From: a virus
Lineage: Duplodnaviria > Caudoviricetes
Strand: one strand, 5' to 3'
DNA length: 64,000 bases
Virus record (IMG/VR): IMGVR_UViG_3300028603_000001
Span: 116,801 to 180,800 of that record
The notes under the pieces are model-generated. The model worked only from the letters and a program-made list of their open reading frames with translations. It had not been told where the DNA came from and ran no database searches. A program made the position numbers and the translations under genes. This document shows, in pieces, positions 40,206-49,709 of this stretch (its first letter is position 1; each line of letters opens with the position of its first letter).

Positions 40206-40376
40206 TTAGTAATCATATTTCTCTAATTGTTCTTTTGTAAGTGTAGTTGTAAATACTTCACCATTTTCTGCAATAGTAAACTTATACCCATTTTGCACTT
40301 TTTGGGCCTTAATAAGTGAACCGCCCCACATAGAAGCTACATTTTGACCAATACGATTTAATTTTTTATTATCCAT
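40206..40376 (-). CDS. Hypothetical protein, 56 aa
   Basis: Promoter plus AAGGAGG SD; MDNKKLNRIG... Confidence 0.55.
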   Translation of the reverse strand: MDNKKLNRIGQNVASMWGGSLIKAQKVQNGYKFTIAENGEVFTTTLTKEQLEKYDY

Positions 40377-40454
40377 AAATAATTTCCTCCTTTATTTATA
40401 TCTATATTATATAATAACCATAACAAATAAATCAACTAAATAAAAAACTAGGAT

Positions 40455-40886
40455 TTATTTTCCTAGTTTTAATATATTTTCAAATTTAACATTATACACA
40501 GGGCTAGCGCTACTTGAAGTTTTATTTTCACCAATCATATAAATAACCTCTTCTTTACTTATTTCTTGCCCATTTCTTAAATATCTTGTTGCGATAACAT
40601 CTGCACCACTTTCTGGATGACTTGGATCAGTTGAAGTTATTCTTAAATAATATTTTCCTTTGTGTTCAACAACTAAATTTTCTAAACCTTCAACCCATCT
40701 ACCCCAAGGAAGTTGACCTGTTTGTTTATTTTCATTAATTTTCATATTAGCATAATTAATACCTAACCTAATAACCATATCACTTTCTTTAACAATACCG
40801 CTACCTAAATCTTTTATTTTGGTAAAGTTGATATAGCGCCCTTTTTTAACTTCAGCTAATTTTTGTAAAATCTCTTGATTTGTCAT
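40455..40886 (-). CDS. Conserved phage protein
   Basis: RLGINYAN...LPWGRW...VEHKGKYYLR. Confidence 0.65.
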   Translation of the reverse strand: MTNQEILQKLAEVKKGRYINFTKIKDLGSGIVKESDMVIRLGINYANMKINENKQTGQLPWGRWVEGLENLVVEHKGKYYLRITSTDPSHPESGADVIATRYLRNGQEISKEEVIYMIGENKTSSSASPVYNVKFENILKLGK

Positions 40887-40955
40887 AGTTTCTGTTCCTC
40901 CCTAAATCAATTATTTATTTTTACAATATAATTATATAATATCTTTAAATATAAA

Positions 40956-41204
40956 TCAACTATGTAAACGCTTTTTTACAGTATCATATTTTAAATTTAT
41001 TTTTTCTCTACCACATTTATCACAAACGTAAACATTATTTTCAGTTATACTCATTCTACGACCACAACAAAAAGGTGATTGGTATTTACTGTCTATTTGT
41101 TTTTGATTTTTAGATTCTTTTTTTAATATACCACCAAAACCCCTATCAGTAACATATGTTTTGTATAGAATATCAACTATGCTTTTTATTTTTTTCATAA
41201 TCAA
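40956..41204 (-). CDS. Zinc-ribbon protein
   Basis: CCG...CDKCG. Confidence 0.55.
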   Translation of the reverse strand: MIMKKIKSIVDILYKTYVTDRGFGGILKKESKNQKQIDSKYQSPFCCGRRMSITENNVYVCDKCGREKINLKYDTVKKRLHS

Positions 41205-41614
41205 CTCACCTTATCTATGATTTGTTCAATCAAAACTCTCATTTCTTCTTCTTCAATTTTCTTGTTTAATAATGAAAACATTTCTTTACAAATAGTTCTT
41301 AAATCTTCAGGTTTAATTTTTTTAATCATATCCAACATCATCATTGTATTTCCGTATTGTTCTAATTTAAAAAGAAGTTCTTTTTGTTTTTCTGATTTAA
41401 AATCTTTATATTCAGGAACTAATAATGTTCTATTGTTAGATAATTTACATTTGATACCTGTTTTTTCAAATATCTCTTCAACATCATCTTCATCTACATT
41501 TTCCCAGGTAAAGTAATAACCACTTCCTGTTGTAATGAATGGATATTCTTCCCATTCCATTGCCTTGGCAATTGTTTCAATATGTTTATGTAATATAGTT
41601 GTGGCTTTAAACAT
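41201..41614 (-). CDS. Hypothetical protein (paralog family A)
   Basis: GSGYYFTWEN..KTGIKC..LLVPEY..FKSEKQKELL shared with 52347 and 50357. Confidence 0.65.
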   Translation of the reverse strand: MFKATTILHKHIETIAKAMEWEEYPFITTGSGYYFTWENVDEDDVEEIFEKTGIKCKLSNNRTLLVPEYKDFKSEKQKELLFKLEQYGNTMMMLDMIKKIKPEDLRTICKEMFSLLNKKIEEEEMRVLIEQIIDKVS

Positions 41615-41635
41615 TTTATTTCCTCCTACTTATTT

Positions 41636-41938
41636 TTATTGTTTTTCATATTTTCGACCTTTATCAACAGCTTTTAAAATATCATTTGCAAACTTTTCTG
41701 CTTCTTTTAAATTTACAGAACCTAACGCGGGCCAATTTATAGTAATACCATCATATTTTTTATCATGATAAGCATTCTTTTTTACGTACAGCTTAACTTT
41801 ACCAAATTCAAAAGTTTCGTTTATATAGTCATCATCATTAACCTTAATCGAATCATTATAAATTTGTTTTGCTTCTTCAATTGAATCTGCCATTATTTTA
41901 GTTTCTTTATCTTTTTTAGTAACTGTATAAGTTTTCAT
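41636..41938 (-). CDS. Hypothetical protein
   Basis: Promoter plus GGAGG SD. Confidence 0.6.
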   Translation of the reverse strand: MKTYTVTKKDKETKIMADSIEEAKQIYNDSIKVNDDDYINETFEFGKVKLYVKKNAYHDKKYDGITINWPALGSVNLKEAEKFANDILKAVDKGRKYEKQ

Positions 41939-42111
41939 CTTTTATTTCCTCCTGTATTTTTATATATATATATATATTATATAATAAAAGAGAGTCTAAA
42001 ATCAACTCTCTTGTTTTTTATACTAATTGTATTTGTAATCTTTTCAAAAAAATATAATCCTTAAATGTCTTTTGTTTTAACTCTAAGGATTATTTTACTA
42101 TTATACATAAT

Positions 42112-42321
42112 TTAGCTTTCTTCTTTGTCATCTAACTTTTTCATAGCATCTGCTTTGCCTAATTCATACGCTCTTTTTAAAGCTTCTGCCACGCCCCATA
42201 CAGATACATCGTAAAAGTCTAGTCTGTCGCTATATCGAGTTACTAAAGTGTTGATTAATAGGCATTCTCTTGCAATTTTTGTAAACTCGTTTTGAACTCT
42301 TCTTGAAATTGTTTCGCTCAT
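42112..42321 (-). CDS. DUF6900-like small protein
   Basis: TL.TR.SDRLDFYDVSVWGV..AL..AYELG. Confidence 0.6.
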   Translation of the reverse strand: MSETISRRVQNEFTKIARECLLINTLVTRYSDRLDFYDVSVWGVAEALKRAYELGKADAMKKLDDKEES

Positions 42322-42341
42322 TTTTTCTTTCCTTTCTTTTC

Positions 42342-42584
42342 TTATAGATAATATGTTTCTTTGCTACACATTTTTGTTACGGTAGTTGTTTTTTCAACTG
42401 TTACATCATTAAGAGCAACATAATCATATTCAATATCATCTTGTTCAGTCAAATATTTATAATCAGCTCTTGCTGAGTCAAAATCATCATATCTGTCAAC
42501 AGTTTTCATAAGTCTTCCTTTTTTTCTATAGATAAGCTCATAATATTTCTCAATTCTTACGTGTTTCTCTAAATTATTTTTCAT
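42342..42584 (-). CDS. Hypothetical protein (family B, tandem duplicate)
   Basis: AAGGAGGAG SD before ATG 42584. Confidence 0.65.
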   Translation of the reverse strand: MKNNLEKHVRIEKYYELIYRKKGRLMKTVDRYDDFDSARADYKYLTEQDDIEYDYVALNDVTVEKTTTVTKMCSKETYYL

Positions 42585-42671
42585 AAATAACTCCTCCTTA
42601 ATAAGTTCCACATTGTAAATTTTTGTGTTAATTTTTTATACAATTTATAAATGTTTTTATTCATATAATAA

Positions 42672-42899
42672 TTAAGGTATAATTATTTTAGTAGTTGTTG
42701 TTTTTTCAACTGTTACCTCATTAATAACAATATAATCATATTCAATATCATCATCATCTTCAGTCAAATATTCATAAAAGACTTTTGCTGCTTCAAAATT
42801 GTCAAATCTGTCAATAGTTTCCGTAATTCTTCCTTTCTTTCTATAGACAAGTTCATAATATCTCTCAACTCTTACGTGCTTCTTTAAATCATTTTTCAT
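42672..42899 (-). CDS. Hypothetical protein (family B, tandem duplicate)
   Basis: Highly similar to 42342..42584. Confidence 0.65.
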   Translation of the reverse strand: MKNDLKKHVRVERYYELVYRKKGRITETIDRFDNFEAAKVFYEYLTEDDDDIEYDYIVINEVTVEKTTTTKIIIP

Positions 42900-43054
42900 A
42901 AATAACTGCTCCTTATCTCATTTAATTTTACACATATATTATATAATAAATATAAAATAAAATCAACAATCATATGTTGGTATCAGAATAAATAAATAAA
43001 AAGAGGGATTAGCGCATCCCTCTTTTGTTTTAATATATATATATATATATGGTT

Positions 43055-45697
43055 TTATTCTTCGTAGAAGCCATCGAAGTCGTCTTCTTTGCCTGCTTCT
43101 TCATAAGATGCTTGTTCTTCTGCTCTTTCCCTAAATTGTTCTTTCAAGTAATCATGATAAGCTAAAAACTCTTTTGTATCACTTTCAATCTTATCAATGT
43201 ATTTTTGTAACTCTTTATTACTTATATCAGCATCTAATTTAAATCTATCTAATATATAATCAACCAAAGATGATTGACTAACATCTGCTGTATATACATA
43301 ATCAATCACAATTTCTTCCCAATCAGATGGTTCATATGGATTTCTACTAGGAATTTCATCACCCATAATTATTAAATCATCGTAATATAATTCAACATCA
43401 CCTGTTAAATGTCCATCATAAAAATCTATTTCAAAATCATTTTGTTCTAACATTGATTCTAGCTCATCTAGATTTTCTTTCATTTCTGTATATCTTCTAC
43501 CACTAAAATAATCAGGTTCTAAATCTGTTTTTTTAAACGCTTTTATTTCTGCTTGCTCATAGTAAGAATCAAATAAATAATCTTTATAATCCTCAGGACT
43601 TCTTGCTATGTTATCGATGAATTTTTGAGCTTCAACAACGGTTAAATCTTCTCTATCAATGTAATTTCTGTCGCAAATGTATTGAAGAAGGAATTCAGGT
43701 TCAACAGTAATAGTAAGATCAACGTCAACAGAAATCTCATTATCAAACATATTAAAAACATCAACCTCAGGATAATGTAATTCCATTTCACCGATTAGAA
43801 ATCCTTCGTCGTGGAAGTTAAGTTTATCATAATCTGTATTTAATAATGTGCCATCATCTTCTTCTTCATCTTCAAATTCAACATCAATGCTTTCATTGAA
43901 AAATCTCTTATACGCACCAGTTTTTTCGAATAAATATGATACATCTTCTGTATTACCACTAGTTACTTCTTTAAACCATTTTTCAACAGTCCAATTCATA
44001 TCATTAATATAATCTATGATATTTGATTCAATGTCTTTTAACGCTTCTCTTGTAAAAGTTAAATTATAGTCCCTTGCCTTTTTAATAAGGTCTTCCTTGG
44101 TTATTGAATCTCCAACAATTGGATCATAAAAATATTTTCTGTAATTACCAGTTTTCTCAAACAGATCTGATACGTCTTCCCCACCGCCATAGATCACCAT
44201 TTCCATCCAATCTTCAGCTGACCAAAGTGTTGGACTTTCGTTGATATAATCTACAACGTTCCATTTTAAGTCTTTTAATGCTTCTTTATTAAAGGTTAAT
44301 CCATATTTTTTAGCTGCGTCAATAACTTCTTGAACAGTTACTTTCTTACTATTCAAGTCTTGAGATACTTTTCCAACAGAGATTGTTTTACTAAAATTCA
44401 GATCACTATTTCCATGAGGTCCTCCCCATACAGGTGTGCCCCCAAGGAAATCTGGAGTTAATGGAGCAAGCTCTTCTGGATTATTGGTAGTAGAAGATGG
44501 TTGATATGACCATGTTTTTGTAATGTTCCAAAGCCTTAAAACTCTTCTAACATAATCATCAAAATTCTCTTGAAAGTCTTTTTCAGTGGATCTTTCATTA
44601 AATACAAAGTCTTTATAGAACTTATATTTTTTACTTAATTGAGGATCTTTTAAAAGATTTTTTAAAGATGATATAGATGTTCCAGAGAATATAACATCTG
44701 AATACTTTGTATCATAATGCATAATTACTTGATTATCTCCTAACTCTTCCCCCTCAATTTCAGATTCCAGTATTTTATGTTTATTTTCATTCTCCTTTAA
44801 GAATGAGAATGATGGGTCAATTGAAGGATCGAATCCTAAATAATCGATCATTATCTGATTAGCTTCTTTTATTGAATATCCTAATTCTCTTACTAAAGTA
44901 TCTCTCTCATGGATAGCTTCAGTCTCCCATTTCCCACTGACAGGAGAAGAAGTATTATATCTATCTGCAATTTCATCAATATCCCTTAAAGCTTCTTTAG
45001 ATAATTTGGATACAAATTCTTCAGCAATGCGTCCCTTATATACATATATTTCTTGATTATAATCTGGACCTTCTCTGTCAAGTAATTTTAAGTCATATCT
45101 ATCTATAAGTTTTTGCCCAAGATCATAATCAATGCTTATATAAGCGTTTTCATGATCTAGCTTATTTCCAGGAACAATTGCTGTATAACCATCATTATTA
45201 TTTATGAATAAAACGTCCCCTTTTTTAAGCCTGCTTAAAGCATCCTCTTCATCTTCAATTTCAATATCAAAGTTTTCTGTAATGCTATCATTAAATATTT
45301 TTTTCCAATTAACATCTTGTACAAACAAATCTGAAAGCTCTTCTGTTTTACCATCAATAATTGCTTTCATCCATTCATCAGCACTATTAAATTCACTGTC
45401 GTCATTGATATAATCTACTACATTCCATTCTAAATCTTTTAATGCTTCTTCGGTAAAGGTTAGCCCATAGTTTTTAGCCGCACTTATTACGTCTTGAGCT
45501 GTTACTTTTTCTTCATCATCTATGTCATCATCTTCATCTTCAATCCAAATGTTCCAATCATTTATTTCTACCATCTCAATAACATCATCTTCACTTAGAT
45601 AATAAAGAGCCGCCCTAGCAACTTCTTCCCAATCCAAGACTCCATCTTCTACCGCGTTGATTAAATCAGAAGTAACTTGTCTTACATTTCTATTCAT
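43055..45697 (-). CDS. Large acidic modular protein, probable virion internal protein
   Basis: Three copies of the A..YGLTF..EALKDL..NVVDYIN..W module; late motif upstream. Confidence 0.6.
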   Translation of the reverse strand: MNRNVRQVTSDLINAVEDGVLDWEEVARAALYYLSEDDVIEMVEINDWNIWIEDEDDDIDDEEKVTAQDVISAAKNYGLTFTEEALKDLEWNVVDYINDDSEFNSADEWMKAIIDGKTEELSDLFVQDVNWKKIFNDSITENFDIEIEDEEDALSRLKKGDVLFINNNDGYTAIVPGNKLDHENAYISIDYDLGQKLIDRYDLKLLDREGPDYNQEIYVYKGRIAEEFVSKLSKEALRDIDEIADRYNTSSPVSGKWETEAIHERDTLVRELGYSIKEANQIMIDYLGFDPSIDPSFSFLKENENKHKILESEIEGEELGDNQVIMHYDTKYSDVIFSGTSISSLKNLLKDPQLSKKYKFYKDFVFNERSTEKDFQENFDDYVRRVLRLWNITKTWSYQPSSTTNNPEELAPLTPDFLGGTPVWGGPHGNSDLNFSKTISVGKVSQDLNSKKVTVQEVIDAAKKYGLTFNKEALKDLKWNVVDYINESPTLWSAEDWMEMVIYGGGEDVSDLFEKTGNYRKYFYDPIVGDSITKEDLIKKARDYNLTFTREALKDIESNIIDYINDMNWTVEKWFKEVTSGNTEDVSYLFEKTGAYKRFFNESIDVEFEDEEEDDGTLLNTDYDKLNFHDEGFLIGEMELHYPEVDVFNMFDNEISVDVDLTITVEPEFLLQYICDRNYIDREDLTVVEAQKFIDNIARSPEDYKDYLFDSYYEQAEIKAFKKTDLEPDYFSGRRYTEMKENLDELESMLEQNDFEIDFYDGHLTGDVELYYDDLIIMGDEIPSRNPYEPSDWEEIVIDYVYTADVSQSSLVDYILDRFKLDADISNKELQKYIDKIESDTKEFLAYHDYLKEQFRERAEEQASYEEAGKEDDFDGFYEE

Positions 45698-46071
45698 AAT
45701 ATATTATCTCCTTTTTATATATTTTTTGTAAGTTCAATTATCAATTAATTTAGCAGTTGTAAAACATTTTCATATCACTATTTTCTTTAAATTAATTCAT
45801 CTCTATATAGATAAGGGCTTTTATCAAGGTAAGCCCTTATAACCTTTAACACCTTTATATTATATAATAAACTAGACTTAAAAATCAACAAAGCTCAAAA
45901 GTAAAATTTCACCGCTCTTAACTTCTATTTTAAAATCTATCTTCCTGTGTATAAAACAAAAAAACTAACAGGAGAGATTAAATTTGAATAGTAGAATCGT
46001 AATTCTAGCTAAATATAATCTTCATCATCTGTTAGTTTTATATTCTTATTATTTTTAATTTTTAATAAACC

Positions 46072-46134
46072 AAGGCGCAACTATGGATAATAACTTCTGT
46101 GGCGTCATCGTTGTTTATTAGCTGTAAGCGCCTT
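46072..46134 (-). ncRNA. ACAGCU-stem RNA element 3 (Y-RNA-like)
   Basis: AAGGCGC-TTACAGCT...GCGCCTTG. Confidence 0.6.
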
Positions 46135-46265
46135 TTGTTTATTTGTGTTTATTATTTTTCATTTGTTGTATCAAATTCACCTTTTCATCATCAATATTAT
46201 AGCAATATGGTTCAATATTATTTTAATCAGCTATAAATAAGATAATTTATTTACTTATTAGCGTA

Positions 46266-47846
46266 TTAACCTAAAACTACGCTATCGTATCTATCTGCAT
46301 AAACAACTTCTAGCATAAATTCATAAGGAGTATGTTTCTTTCCATCTATAAGTGTTTTAAATATACTTGTTGCTTGACCACTAACCATTCTTACATTAGG
46401 AACATGTTTAGTTGTATGATAAGTATCTTGTCTAGCATCAACATTCCAAAATACGATTTCAGGTAAATCATAACCATATCGATTATATCTATCTTTCATC
46501 TTATCGTAGAAGGTCATATTGGTAGCGTCCCTGCGTTGGTAGATATAGGTTATTCCTACCATACATCCATTATCAACAACACATTGGTCAAATTCCATAT
46601 CAGTTATAATTATTAACTGTTTAGGCATATCTTCTTGTGTTAAGTTATTATCAACACCTGTTTTTAATATTAAATCAAAAGCAGCTTCTAGATTTGTATT
46701 ATCCACAATTTCTGGAACAACATTTAATTTATCAGCAAGCGTCATGTTATCCTTTAAACTAATCCAACTAGGTTTGCTAGCAAATGTCATAAACTTGTTA
46801 TGGAATGGTCCTGTATTTCTTTCTGCAAAATATATTCCTAAACCAACTGATGTAGCCATTGGACGACCCATCATTGAACCAGAAGTATCGGCAATAACAA
46901 TTGTGTTACATTCAACTCCTTGAATCCAATCTTTTAATCCATCCCACATAGCTTCTAACTCAGGTTTAAGGGTTCTAATATGCAGCACAGATCTTGATAT
47001 ATTCTGTGATAAATATTTTTCAATTATCTCATATGGATATAAATTTTTTGTATTAATTTTTGCTTCTTTTTCAACAACAGTTCCATCATCTTTAACAACA
47101 GTTATTTTCTTACCGTTTTTAAGAGCTTCTAAATATTCTTTAAATCTTTCTTCTTGATGTTTATAGAACGCTTTATTATATTTCTTCATAGCGCCACCAG
47201 GAACTGTATTGAAGTCTACTTTTTCCCATTCATTTTCAGACAGTCTCTTCTCTAATACATCAATATATTTTCTTAAACTAGCTAAAGTTTTTCTATATTC
47301 TTTTTCAGACATTTTAAAAAACTTAGCTGTTAATTTTCCTAATTTAACGCTTTCTTTGCTTGAAGTGTTAACTGATTTTAACCACTTTCCAAGTAAGCTA
47401 ACAGATTTACCTTCTTGCATATTAATTACGTCTTTATCAAATTGTTCTTTCATAAAAGCAAAAGCTTCTTTTTCCGCTGGTGTTCCAGCTAATGTATATA
47501 AATCATCAAAGCGTCCATATTTAGCGATATTTGGAATATTAGCAACAATATCTTTTGTTCTATTATTAGCTAACCAATTTAAACCAACTCTAAATACTCT
47601 ACGTTCACCCAAACCTTCTCCAATATCTCTCGCATAGAATAATATTTTCATAGCTGTTAGGGGTTGCTCGATATATGCTTTCATAAATTTAGTCTCAATA
47701 TCTGCATCTGGTCTTCTTCTTAAAGCCCCGATTGTAGCAAATAAATCTAAATTGGCGTCAAATGTTGTATTTAACGCATCAAGACCGTTTTCTGTTAATT
47801 TCCAAGCTACTTCTTTTTCAATAGCTTCTACAAATTTGTTTTCCAT
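46266..47846 (-). CDS. DUF2828 family protein (TROVE/Ro60-like helical domain plus vWA)
   Basis: TENG, FYARDI..GLGERRVF, YGRFDDL, SLLGKWL, LYPYEI; MIDAS IADTSGSM, ITDMEFD, IVFWNV. Confidence 0.85.
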   Translation of the reverse strand: MENKFVEAIEKEVAWKLTENGLDALNTTFDANLDLFATIGALRRRPDADIETKFMKAYIEQPLTAMKILFYARDIGEGLGERRVFRVGLNWLANNRTKDIVANIPNIAKYGRFDDLYTLAGTPAEKEAFAFMKEQFDKDVINMQEGKSVSLLGKWLKSVNTSSKESVKLGKLTAKFFKMSEKEYRKTLASLRKYIDVLEKRLSENEWEKVDFNTVPGGAMKKYNKAFYKHQEERFKEYLEALKNGKKITVVKDDGTVVEKEAKINTKNLYPYEIIEKYLSQNISRSVLHIRTLKPELEAMWDGLKDWIQGVECNTIVIADTSGSMMGRPMATSVGLGIYFAERNTGPFHNKFMTFASKPSWISLKDNMTLADKLNVVPEIVDNTNLEAAFDLILKTGVDNNLTQEDMPKQLIIITDMEFDQCVVDNGCMVGITYIYQRRDATNMTFYDKMKDRYNRYGYDLPEIVFWNVDARQDTYHTTKHVPNVRMVSGQATSIFKTLIDGKKHTPYEFMLEVVYADRYDSVVLG

Positions 47847-47926
47847 TTTTATATTTTCCTTTCATGACATATTTTTCTAAGTGTGTGTGTTTTCATAATT
47901 AAAAAGAGATAAAAAAAATAAATATC

Positions 47927-48041
47927 AAGACACTTTATACTACCTTACCAGTTAGGTGATAATTGCAATCGCACAATTAATTGGATTCGAACCAACATAA
48001 GTCTCATTTTCAGTGAGAGGATATTTAGCTGTATGTGTCTT
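47927..48041 (-). ncRNA. Y-RNA-like element 1 enclosing a circularly permuted tRNA (anticodon GAA)
   Basis: AAGACAC-ATACAGCT...[TCTCA CTGAAAA TGAGA][GTTGG TTCGAAT CCAAT][TAATTGT/GCAATTA][ACCT AACTGGTA AGGT]...GTGTCTTG. Confidence 0.8.
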
Positions 48042-48076
48042 TATGTTATTTATCTCTTTAATTATTTAAATATTGC

Positions 48077-48137
48077 AAGGCGCGGTATGTTAGGATTTAT
48101 CAGATCGGTTACATATAACATTAGCTGTATGCGCCTT
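48077..48137 (-). ncRNA. ACAGCU-stem RNA element 2 (Y-RNA-like)
   Basis: AAGGCGC-ATACAGCT-AATGTTA...TAACAT-ACC-GCGCCTTG. Confidence 0.65.
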
Positions 48138-48236
48138 TTTCTCTATTATTTGATTCGTTAATCAATAAAAGCTGTTAATGTCATTTTGAATTACGTTTTA
48201 TTATACAATTTATTTTTTAGATTTTTATTGCTACAT

Positions 48237-48500
48237 TTAAAATTCTATTACAGCAATTTTATCAGTGCTATTATCCCTGCCATCATATCGTGTTACATAT
48301 ATATAAACGTTTACTCTTTGTATAGTAATTCCATCATGTAAAGGACATCGTTTAATCACATGTCTATTTGTTTCTACGTAATTTTTAGCTTCTTCTTCTG
48401 AATTAAATACTCCGTCTAACAATGTTATATCATCTAAAAATGCTTCATCTCCATTACTTAATTCAACTGTTAAATAAAAATGAACTTTTGATAATCTCAT
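48237..48500 (-). CDS. Hypothetical protein
   Basis: Promoter plus AGGAG SD. Confidence 0.6.
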   Translation of the reverse strand: MRLSKVHFYLTVELSNGDEAFLDDITLLDGVFNSEEEAKNYVETNRHVIKRCPLHDGITIQRVNVYIYVTRYDGRDNSTDKIAVIEF

Positions 48501-48576
48501 AATATTTATTTCTCCTATTGATTTTTTTACTTAAATATTATATAATAAGATGGGGATAAAATCAACTATTTTTCGC

Positions 48577-49581
48577 TTAAATAATACAAGCAAGCAAATC
48601 AGGTGTTTGTTTTATCTCTTCTAATGTTTTCTCAATAAACTTATATAATTTTGCATTAGATAGATTCTTCAAACTATTTAATATTTTATTTCCAATATTA
48701 TCATTTATTTTATAGTTATTACAGAAGTTAAATATAAAGTCTTCACCAATACTGTTTAGATGTTTCACTAATTTCCTTGAATCAAATTTACTTGTTATTG
48801 TGATCTCTTTTTGTTTAACTTCTTCACCTGTTTCTTTAGATATAGTTTTAATTGTTTTAATTTCTTTTTCTTTTTTATAATTATGATAATTAGCGATACT
48901 ATCCACAATTAAAGCTTCTAGGTTTTCACCTCTATCTAATAACATTTGAACTAAACTATAAGCTCCACCTAAAAATGTCTTTTCATCCTCTGAATAAGCT
49001 CCAATATAACTAATAGCATAATCTCCATCTTCTTCTAAGATAGTATCTAGACTATACGTCTGTGTATCAGCTTTTCTTTTATCTTTATTGTGGAATTGGA
49101 ACACTCTTCCTCTCATACTCCCACAACATCTATTTATGATTTTATCAGGAGCGTCTTGGTCGACCTTGTAATAATATTTATTAGGAATTTTATTCCCATT
49201 TTCATCTAATTTATATTCTTTAAATATTCCTTCTTTTACAACAGCTTCAAACTCATATCTCCAAACTCTATAATAAAAAGCAACATATAAACTATCTGAT
49301 AACCAATCTACATAATCAGTTATTGGAAGATTTAATGTATAACTATTTTTATGCCACTCAAATATTTTATACCAATATCGCAACATTAAAGCTGAATAAT
49401 AAGCGCTTCTTAAAATTTCTTGCTCTGCCTCTTTATCTTTATCACCGCTAATTTTATACGCTAACGCTTTCTCATCTGCATCACAGTATCCATTAGCTAG
49501 CTCCGTTTTAGACATTAGCTGGTAATCTCCCAAGATACCCGCATCAGTTTGAAAAGCTACTTGCAGTTCATTTAGTGTCAT
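48577..49581 (-). CDS. Conserved phage protein, possibly a divergent sigma factor
   Basis: ALMLRYWYKI and KRKA....SLD resemble sigma region 2/3; weak. Confidence 0.35.
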   Translation of the reverse strand: MTLNELQVAFQTDAGILGDYQLMSKTELANGYCDADEKALAYKISGDKDKEAEQEILRSAYYSALMLRYWYKIFEWHKNSYTLNLPITDYVDWLSDSLYVAFYYRVWRYEFEAVVKEGIFKEYKLDENGNKIPNKYYYKVDQDAPDKIINRCCGSMRGRVFQFHNKDKRKADTQTYSLDTILEEDGDYAISYIGAYSEDEKTFLGGAYSLVQMLLDRGENLEALIVDSIANYHNYKKEKEIKTIKTISKETGEEVKQKEITITSKFDSRKLVKHLNSIGEDFIFNFCNNYKINDNIGNKILNSLKNLSNAKLYKFIEKTLEEIKQTPDLLACII

Positions 49582-49709
49582 ACTTTTCCTTTCCCTATTT
49601 AATTTATTTCACATATAATACAATTTTTTATATCAATTTATTTTTTAATTAATCGAGGAGGTTTAATACCTCCCCATATTTTTATTCCCTTGTTTTTTAT
49701 TTGCTTAAT

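Noticed and set aside
42108-42117. Additional late-promoter-like TAATTTAGCT
   Set aside because: Coincides with a stop codon, mismatched, and no gene directly downstream
47880-47891. (GT)n and nearby (TA)n microsatellites as phase-variation switches
   Set aside because: Short and intergenic, with no evident effect on promoter spacing or frame
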